A stretch of 64,000 nt of DNA from Eledone cirrhosa (lineage: Eukaryota). The stretch's first letter is position 1. Each line of letters opens with the position of its first letter. A program made the position numbers and the translations under genes. Where the stretch lies: positions 111,414,001-111,478,000 of the forward strand of contig OZ024741.1 of NCBI GenBank assembly GCA_964016885.1, written 5' to 3'. Below, in pieces: positions 54,588 through 64,000 of the stretch. The notes below the pieces were generated by a model that was given only the letters and a program-made list of their open reading frames with translations, ran no database searches and was not told the origin of the DNA.

Positions 54588-55499
54588 AAACATACAGCAA
54601 AAGTAAAGAAAATAAATGAATAGTTAATGTTTCAAACACTATTTCAACGTTCTCTTTCGGTGTTTGGAAGGTAAAATTAGAAAAGCTCCACCGGTAACAC
54701 TAAAACAGCAATGGGTCCAATATAAACCAATGCTGTACGGAAATTGGGACACGACACGAAGAACAGGTGAACAAACAAACATTTAGTATTTAAATACTTG
54801 TGGGTACATCACGCACAGTACAGACGAGCAGCAGTATAACAGCACTCAAAGGAACTTCAAACATCACTGGTGACAACTCGCTATATTATACTAAAAGAAG
54901 AGAAATAAATAAAGAAATATATAGAAATATATATTTTTGTAAATAAGACAATAGAACCGTGTGGAAATGGAAGCACCAATTGAAACATAAGTTTTAAATC
55001 TCCGAAGCCGTTTATGAAAGTATTGAAGAAGACAAGAAAACACACTTCGATCTTCCGACGTGGAAGAGGCTCCTATCAGAAGAAACCGTCACCGAATCAT
55101 CATTTTTCTTACCTGTTGTACAAACCTGGCTGGACACAGAACACTGCACAAACATTCTAATAGTTCTATAGAGTTATGAAATAATACATATGAATAAGCC
55201 ATAGACGACGAACATCATTAAGTAATGTCAGTTTCATGAGGAGATAAAACGCCTCCATCCTTTTGAAGGAAGAAAAAAAAAAAAAAAAATGAGTATAAAT
55301 CCTGGAAAACTGTAAGTATTGGAAAAAAAAAAGAAAGGGGAAAAAAAAAAAAAAAGAAAATCACAAGGAATTGACACTCCAAATTCACTATTTTCCTTTT
55401 ACTTTGCTCCACTTTTCAAATTAAATGACACGACGGTTCAGTTATATTCAAATATTGTAAGCGCGTCCATTGAGAATATCGTCTTTGACAAACTGCTCA

Positions 55500-58012
55500 G
55501 TTGCTCGCATGTGTGCGTGCTGAATTCTGGGTCTTTCCGCTGGGAACAACCCCTTGTTCCCCCTCCCCTCTTTTTTGTGTACAACCATCCATTCACTCAT
55601 TCATTTACTGCCATTCTACCTTCCTGTGTCTCCCTCTCCATGCAGCCCCTTTTCGCTCTCGTTTTCTGGCACCTCCATATATATAGGTGAACTATGCTGC
55701 CCTCTTACCAACACTTTCCCGTCCAACCATACACACCAGCCACCCACCCCTGATGCCGCTCGGTGCCCCAGTCCCCGGCCCCACGCCCCACCCCACCCCT
55801 CCAAATTGACACCTGCAGCACTTGCGGCACTACTAACAAACGGAAGAGGGACCGGAACTGTTTGGGGTGCGGCTGCTTCCACCACCTCACCTGCGTTGGC
55901 TTGACTCGTCGAGCTTCCAATGCCCTCGCAGCGTGGAGGTGCAGGAGCTGCCTCTTCCCCACGTCTTCCCAGCCACGGCCGTCTTGCACACCACCAGATG
56001 GGACAGCGAGCTTTCCTGACGCCCGAGCCTCGCTGGTCAACATCGCTCGGCTCAGGCGGCTCCGGAAGATCCCACTCAGGTACCTGAGAGCGGCACGGGT
56101 GCCGGTAGCCGATGCCCCCGCTTCCTCGATTGAGAGCGCCCTGGACTCCAATCGAGCCAGTGACTGGGAGCGGCTGTTCTATTTCGCCCCACTCGCCCTC
56201 GGCCTCTCCAGCTCTGGCGCTGACCGGTCAACAGCAGCCTTCGTCAAGGCCAATGTCTCGTCATTTGGGCGAGTGCCCATTCCAAGCGTGCCCAGGGACG
56301 CCACACACCCCACCCTCAGGTACCCCCTATCCCCCACCCCCGAGGCCAGCGCCAAGCGTTTGCGTGACCAGGTAAACGCAAAGCTTATCATGGGTTATGT
56401 CTTGGTCGCAGTCAGAGTTGTTGCCTCAGAGGACACTGTCCTCCAACCCACCGAGGAGATCCTGGCAGCTCTGCGGCTCAAACACCCTGAACCACCCTCT
56501 GATCTCAGACCCATACCCCCACCCGACCCCCACCTGCTCCTTGTGGCTACTGATGCAGATATCATGTCCGCCATGAGGTGGTGAACGTCAGTCTCGATGC
56601 TGTGAGCTTTGCGGCCCCCGTCTTGGACGTGCGGTCCATTCTCCGCCAGGTTCAGGTGACCCCCAAAGAGGATGTCTTCATCCTCGGGTCACCGATCCAC
56701 CCGCCGGCCATCCGCTCCACCATCAGGTCCAGGCTTCAACAGCTTCAGACTCTCACGAGCTGACTGGGCTTGATTGACGGCCACCCAGCTCTCTTTCTGC
56801 TGAGGAACTGCTTCGCCATGCCGAAGCTCCTCTATACACTCCGCAGCGCTCCATGCTACACCCAGATATCTCTCCTCGCTGACCTCGATACTTGTATCCG
56901 AGCAGCAGCCGAGGGGATATGCAACGTCAAGTTTGACGATATAGTGTGGCAACAGACCACTTTACCTGTCAGGTATGGCGCCCTAGGCCTCCGGTCCCCG
57001 ATCTCACTAGCTTTGCCGGCGTATCTTTCGTCGGTAACCTCGTGCCGCGTCCTCGTCAGCAGGGTTCTTCAAAACACAACAGTACCCTCTGTGTTCAGAG
57101 AACGTGAGGCCGCTTGTGAGACGTAGGACCGGCTGGGACTTAGCCCAGTAGACGTCCCTCTTCCTTCTCCCCCTGTTGACGTCAAGTCCCCCCAACGCAC
57201 TTGGGATGCCATCCAGTGCAACCTGGCCTCAGACAGGCTCACGCGCCAGCTCGACCAGCACCGCCTTGCTTGTTTTCGTGCGGCCTCCAAACCCCACAGT
57301 GGTGCCTGGCTCCATTCTCTGCCCTCCTTCTCCACTGGGACGCAGCTAGACAACCATAGCCTGCGAATCGGCGTTTCCCTGAGGCTCGACCTCCGGATCT
57401 ATTTGCCAGTCACACCGATGTCGCTGCGGTTCCACCGTGGACTCTTTCGGCCTCCACCCGCTTTCCTGTCGCCACAGTGCCGGCCGCATTCCACGCCATA
57501 CTGCCCTCAACGAGGTCATTAAGCATGGCTTGGGCGCTGCAGGCTTCCCTTCCCAGCTCGAGCCAGTGGGGCTGGATCAAGGGGACGGCAAAAGGCCAGA
57601 TGGCATGACCGTCTTCCCGTTCCGCGGTGGCAAACCCCTCGTCTGGGATGCCACTTGCACCGACACTTTCTGCAGCCGCAACCTGGTGCAGTCTGCAACT
57701 GACCCAGGTTCTGCTGCACGTCGGGATAAGGGGGCCAAACTCTTCAAATACCGGTCGCTCTCTGACAGGTTTGCGGTCATTCCCCTGGCAGTGGAGACTT
57801 CTGGTGTCCTCGGCCCCAGGGCTACCTCCTTACTCACCACCATAGGCGCTGAGCTGGCCAGCCGTAGGTGTGAACCCCGCGAGTTGGAGTGGCTTTTCCA
57901 GCGCGCCCCCTTTGCCGCCCTTCGGGGAAACGCCTTCTCCATTCTGTCCGCCGGGGCTGTGGGTGGGCCCTATCGCGTACCATTACATTAGTTAAATACC
58001 ATTCTTTCATCT
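55500..58012 (+). mobile_element. CRE-clade non-LTR retrotransposon (N-terminal PHD finger, RT core deleted, C-terminal RLE)
   Basis: C4HC3 finger, ILGSPI, LLRNCFAMPKLLYTLR, TLPVRYGALGL, HPLSC..RIPRH..KRPDG..LVWDATC, AVETSG. The 5' boundary is approximate. Confidence 0.88.
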
Positions 58013-58092
58013 CATACATACTAATCTGCTTTTATCGTACATTTTTTGTGTGGCCAGTGAAACAAAGTACCAGTCAAACACTAGTATTGATA

Positions 58093-58712
58093 TAAACAAA
58101 ATTGGTGATAAACTGTCTCATTTGAAAATACCCCGCTTTATCGTTACTTCACCTAATATTTCTCCAGTTGATGTCAATTCAGCTTTCCATTTGACAATTG
58201 ATTTCTCTATAAAGATCTTGATGATGTCTAATACCTTAAAATATCCAAACAGTGAAGAATCCAATAATGCAGAATCATGTTATATGCTTTCTTCTCGACA
58301 ATCCAAGCAAGGGACAGATTGGTGAGCTTCATTTTGCAGTTCTTCAATATCATTTTATCAATCATCAGCTGGTCTTTCATTCTTCTGCTATTACGCTTAC
58401 ACCCATTCGGTTCATCAAGAAGCATGTATTCTCTTTTCATGTGTGTAAACATTTCTTCAGCTAATATACTGTTAGGAGCTTCCACATCAAAGGACGACAT
58501 GAAATTGGTCTGAAATTCTAAACTTCGTTATTCTTACTCTCATCTTTCATTATAAAATATGTGCGTTCATTTGTCATCCATTCTGGTGTTTCTCCATAAC
58601 TTAAGACTCCATCTCACTGTATAGTTATTAACTCATGTACGTTGTTGAAGTTTTTTTTAACCAGTTTCCATTTACATGATCTGGTCCACTTGCTTTCCAT
58701 TTTAGCATCTTT
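58093..58712 (-). mobile_element. R4/Dong element, RT N-terminal part (continuation of 53185-54587)
   Basis: KASGPD, NFRPISC..WKLL, KDQLMIDKMIL, LAWI..KAYN, RGIF..DSLSPILF. Confidence 0.85.
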
Positions 58713-58714
58713 CG

Positions 58715-60272
58715 CCAACGCCATTACCATCACCAGAATCCCCCAAACGCAAACAACCCAAACAGATGCAATAACAAATACACACACAAACATCAGAAAC
58801 CATAGATACCGCACTCACAACAAATACAGACACAACCGAAACAACACCAACAAAACCATCACCACTACAGGGGAACCCCGAACGTAAAACCCACATCCGG
58901 ACTTTGAAGCCAACTTTGGAGGTCGAACCACCCGACCTTCACAAGAGCTCAGGAGGTAAGTAAAACTTTCCCCTCTCTTTTAGCCTATCAACAAGGTCAT
59001 ATTAAGAGTAGGAAGTTCAAATGTTCGAGGCCTGGGGTCGCCCTGGAAGTCGGGTCACCTGTTCAACGACCTCAGGTCTCTAGAAATGGATGTAATTGCC
59101 GTCAGAGAGACCAGGATTTCCGACACGCGCGCACTAGCCCCCATTTTCGACGACTATCAGATATTCGCATATGTTAGTCAGCTGGGAATAGGAGATGGGG
59201 TGGCAGTGCTGTTTAGGAAATGCCTGGATCCCGAGGTAAAGGTCGATCTTCCGGGATCCGGACGGTAAGTTGGTGGTCCTGGACGTGAACAATAGCGAAG
59301 GTGGTGCCTTTAGACTGGTGTCCGTTTACGCCCCTACCGGGGCAGGGCGACCCGACTTCTTTAGACGCCTATAAACCTTTCTGGGTACGTCTCGCCCTTT
59401 ACTGTTAGCGGGGGACTGGAACAGCATCTTAGACGCACGTTGGGACTGTGTGGGCGTAGCCGATAGGAGAGGGGGGTACAAAAGCCTCAAGTACCTGATC
59501 AGCCAGTTCCAACTGTCTGACAGATACCAACTAGATTTCCCTAATGCGCCAGTGTGGACATGGATCAACTGCATAGGGTCATCTAAATCGTATATAGACA
59601 GGATATTCATTAGGAAAATAGATAGAAACAGTATAAGCTGTCCACGTTTTAAAACGGTCGCCTATTCATATCACAAGTTTGTGATCTACATGGTCGACCT
59701 AGATAAGACGCATAGGTTAGGACATGATTACTGGAAGCTTACAGGGACTGGGTCAACAATTTAGTTATGCAAAAGTTGACAGAAGGGTGGGGGAGGTCAT
59801 CAACAACAGATGGTGGGGGACTCTTAAAAGAGAGATTAGAGTAATTTCGATAGGGTTTAGCAAAGAAGTAGCGTTAGAGAAAAATAGAAAGAAGGGGGAA
59901 CTGGTAGCTAAGTTAGACGAGGCTATTTTTAGTGGCATTCAACTGACGTGTTAGCGGTGAGAATGGCATTAGACCATTTCTTCAATGCGAAACACGAAGG
60001 TTGCATTGTCAGAGCTAAGGCACATGCCCTGAGAAACGAGGGAACCAAAGCTGTTCTATCGAACAGCTTTGGTTCCCTCGTTTCTCAGAGGTGCAGCGTG
60101 GTAATAAAACCACAATTCGGTCTTTGTTGGACCGAGATGGACACGAGCTGAGCGATTCCAGGCGGATGTGTGAGGCCTTTCGCCAACATTTTGCTCGGTT
60201 GTTCGAGGGAAGTGGCAGGTCAGAGACAGCCGACACTGAACGCTGCGAAAAGCCGATAACTTCAGCCGAAAT
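58715..60272 (+). mobile_element. Tx1/L1-clade element copy 1 (ORF1 tail + decayed APE, ends at RT start)
   Basis: MDVIAVRETRI, GDWN, KSYIDRIF, YWKL. Homologous to 61500-63910. Confidence 0.85.
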
Positions 60273-63200
60273 TTAACACAAAATCACACCGCGTGGGCAT
60301 CCGAGTCCCAAATACAAAAAGCTTTGGGACATGTGTGGGCGAAAAAACCCCACATCAGACGTGGGCAGAAATTTGGAACCGTGGCCGTGTTCTTTGGAAC
60401 ACCACAGGAAGCAAGAGAGCACTCCATGGCCCCATTAAGAAGCGACGACTTCACACTCGTCCCAAGATAATGTGGCCAGAGACTCGTGAAGATCAGGGTG
60501 ACCCACGTTCCACCGGCCATCGAAATTCCCTGGCTAATGGCTGCCGTCCTCGCTGGCATCGAGGCCAACACGAAAATAATTGAAATAACAAAATAAAAGC
60601 AGGAGAACTGGTCCGGATCTGGGATGGAGCTCCTGATCCAAGCGGATCAAAAAAGCATTAAGGAAATTCCAGAGGTGATAGACCTCACTGATGGCAGCCA
60701 CCTCACCGGAATCGTCGAGGGTAGAAGGCCTAGGTGTGTCGTTTGTGGTGAAGGAACCCACCTAAAGGCTTTCTGCCCTCAGGCTAAAAAGTTGAGGCCA
60801 CCTCTCTTACCCACCCCAGTGACTCAACCATCAACACCACCAGCAGCAAAAATGGCAGCAACAACTGTAGCAGCAACAACAGAAGCAACTGTAGCAGCAA
60901 CAACCCCAGCAACAGTAGCAAAACCAACACCACCACCACCCACCGCGCCAGAACCAGTACCAGCGCCTCCACTATCCACCACGCCACAACCAAAACCAAC
61001 GCCTGTGGAGGATCTTCCACTCCCCGACCTATCGCAACTGGAGACAGATTGTGACGACGAGGAGTGGGAAACTGTATCAAGAAAAAAGAAAAAAAGAAAA
61101 AGAACCCCAAAAAGAAAGAAATCCTCTTCCTTCCCCCTCCAAAAACAAAATACAGGGAAAAAAAATAAACTAACAAACAAAAAAGTTAGGACAGCTATGC
61201 CACCACCCACACCAGCATCACCAACCCCATCACCACAAACACCAACACCAACACCATCACCATCATTAACCCCAACACCACCATCACCAACACCACAAAA
61301 GTCATCAAAAAGCGAAACAGAAACAAACCCACAACAAACGCAAACAAAACAAAACAACCAAAACGATACACACTACACAGCATTACATTTGAACAACAAC
61401 CAATTATTACACTACATCCAACACCAGCATCACAGAAAAAGACTACACAACACCCCCAAAATTCACACCACCTCCACACATACAAATCACTCGCATCACA
61501 CAGAAAACGTACACGACACTAAAACAAAAATTCCCCAAGGACATCGGAGACTTCCGACAAGCATTCTCCAGGAGGATTTATAAGGACATCCTTCCGGAGG
61601 AGGCCACAAGCAGTGAAAAGGATGAGAAAACATCCTTCCTCTATGAGAAGTAAGGTAAGTGGTCTTTCCCATCTTTTCCACTCCTTTTCAACATGACCTC
61701 ACTCAGAATAGGCAGCATAAATGCGCGTGGCTTGGGGTCGTCATGGAAGCAGGGCCACCTGCTCAACGACCTCAGGTCACTAAACATAGATGTGGTGGCC
61801 ATCAGCGAGACCAGAATCTCCGAGGCACGAGCCTTCGCACCGATCCTCGGCGGCTACGATGTGTACGCATCTCCCAGCTGTCCTGGATCGGGAGGAGGAG
61901 TTGCTGTACTTTTTCGGAGAGGTTTGGATCTTGCCATACGGGCCATCTTCCTGGACTCAGAAGGTAAGTTGGTGGTGCTGGACGTGACCAGCGGAGACGG
62001 GCAAGCTTTCAGGCTAGTGGCCGTCTATGCCCCGACAGGAGCAGGGCGGCCTGATTTCTTCCGGCGTCTGGAGACCTTTCTTGGAACGTCCCGCTCTTTA
62101 GTGTTAGTGGGCGACTGGAACGGGATCTTTATTTTACGGGAACGGGATCTCTATTTTAGGTTTTAAAATAAAAATATAAAAAAAAAACATGGCTGAGCCA
62201 CGTCCCCCAGAAAAATGTCTGCTGTCGTGTGACAACGGCGTAAAAGTTGAGAGGAGGGTTAGTGAAATTCATACAACAGACACCTCCACAAATAACGTGA
62301 ACAAAGACAACACTGAGAACACTAAATTTGAAAAAATTACCACACCAACTACAACAATAACAGCGACAACCAAAATACAGACAACAGAAATAAATGACAA
62401 CAAATGCAACAACGATATTAACACCACTAACACCACTTAGTGTTAGTGGGCGACTGGAACGGTATCTTAGATGCACGCTGGGATCATGTGGGGCTAGTAG
62501 ACAGGGCAGGAGGGTGTAAAAGCCTCAACAACCTGCTCAGACGTTTTGAACTGTCTGAGACAGGTATAGACTGGATTATCCGAATGTTGCCAATGTGGGC
62601 AAACCGTATCGGGTCATCCAGATCGTATTTATATAGGGTATTCTGTAGGGAAACAGATAAGGCTAGTATAGATTGTTCACAATTTAAAATAGTCGACTAC
62701 ACGGACCACAAATTTGTGATCTGTGAAGTTGACTTAGATAGACTCCATAGGCAAGGGCCCGGCTACTGGAAGCTGAACGTGTCGTTCCCGGCGCGCAAAG
62801 TTTACAGAGACCGAATTAGCGAATTAGTTAATCGTCAACAACAGGTGGTGGTTTATCCTGAAAAGGGCTATTAGAGTAGAATCGATAAGGTTTAGCAAAG
62901 GAGTAGTGATAGAGGAAAATAGAGTAGGTAGAGAAAGCTAGAAGAGGCGTTTAGGATAGGCATCGCAACCGACGTGCTTGTGGCGAGATTGGCACTCGAC
63001 CAATTCTTCAACGCAAAGCATGCAGGCTGCGTTGTCAGAGCTAGAGCGCGTGATCTAAGACACGAGGGGACGAAAGCCGTTCAATGGGCCCGGGTGGTGG
63101 AGGCTCGACGTAGCAACAAGTTGCTCTTTGCCTGATCAAAACGGGCGCATGTTGCTCGAACCCGAGCCGGGTCGGAGTATGGACTTCAGGGTATGGATGT

Positions 63201-64000
63201 CGGAGTATGGACTTCGGGGTATGGATGTCGGAGTATGGACTTCGGGGTATGGATGTCGGAGTATGGACTTCGGGGTATGGATGTCGGAGTATGGACTTCG
63301 GGGTATGGATGTCGGAGTATGGACTTCGGCGTATGGATGTCGGAGTATGGACTTCAGGGTATGGATGTCGGAGTATGGACTTCAGGGTATGGATGTCGGA
63401 GTATGGACTTCAGGGTATGGATGTCGGAGTATGGACTTCAGGGTATGGATGTCGGAGTATGGACTTCGGGGTATGGATGTCGGAGTATGGACTTCAGGGT
63501 ATGGATGTCGGAGTATGGACTTCAGGGTATGGATGTCGGAGTCTGGACTTCAGGGTATGGATGTCGGAGTATGGACTTCAGGGTATGGATGTCGGAGTAT
63601 GGACTTCAGGGTATGGATGTCGGAGTATGGACTTCGGGGTATGGATGTCGGAGTATGGACTTCAGGGTATGGATGTCGGAGTATGGACTTCAGGGTATGG
63701 ATGTCGGAGTATGGACTTCGGGGTATGGATGTCGGAGTATGGACTTCGGGGTATGGATGTCGGAGTATGGACTTCGGGGTATGGATGTCGGAGTATGGAC
63801 TTCGGGGTATGGATGTCGGAGTATGGACTTCGGGGCATACCTCGACGGACTGCCGCGGATCTCGACGACCGCAGCGCAGTGCTGCGAAAAGCCGATAACA
63901 GCAGGTGAAATACGGGAAGCGATGTCTGACTGCACGAGGGGTAAATCGCCAGGTTTGGATGGTCTGCCCTACGAGCTTTATGCGTATATGCCAGACTTGT
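60273..64000 (+). mobile_element. Tx1/L1-clade element copy 2: ORF1 with CCHC knuckle and P/T-rich tract; ORF2 APE..RT start, runs off the window
   Basis: CVVCGEGTHLKAFC; MTSLRIGSINARGL, AISETR, VYAP, GDWN, TDHK, GYWKLN, GKSPGLDGLPYELY. Confidence 0.9.
63171..63835 (+). repeat. 28-bp minisatellite (~24 copies) inside Tx1 ORF2
   Basis: Unit gtcggagtatggacttcRgggtatggat. Confidence 0.97.

Noticed and set aside
63128-63908. CRISPR array or repeat-protein ORFs
   Set aside because: The units are contiguous with no unique spacers, there are no cas genes, and the context is a eukaryotic retrotransposon.

Overview
This is AT-rich, microsatellite-dense eukaryotic DNA, and no host protein-coding gene can be supported in it. 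The SINE set, the RTE with a C2H2 block and the R4/Dong remnants suggest an octopus-like cephalopod (inference). Most ORF-track entries are microsatellite artefacts. Transposable elements include a decayed Expander-type RTE interrupted by a solo LTR (1.6-4.3 kb), two Helitron-like elements, many tRNA-derived SINEs, a Naiad-type Penelope-like element (16.3-19.0 kb) and a near full-length (TATG)n-flanked RTE with three C-terminal C2H2 fingers (36.7-40.7 kb). A nested cluster at 53-64 kb holds R4/Dong, a PHD-bearing CRE element and two Tx1-like L1 copies. The most notable signal is a set of unrelated short elements inserted in (TA)n arrays. They carry minimal type-I hammerhead ribozyme motifs, with compensatory changes between copies and a recurring U.U closure of stem II, and they repeatedly integrate as fold-back palindromes with a one-sided tail. 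Several junctions also show unusually long (32-47 bp) duplications and template-switch signatures.
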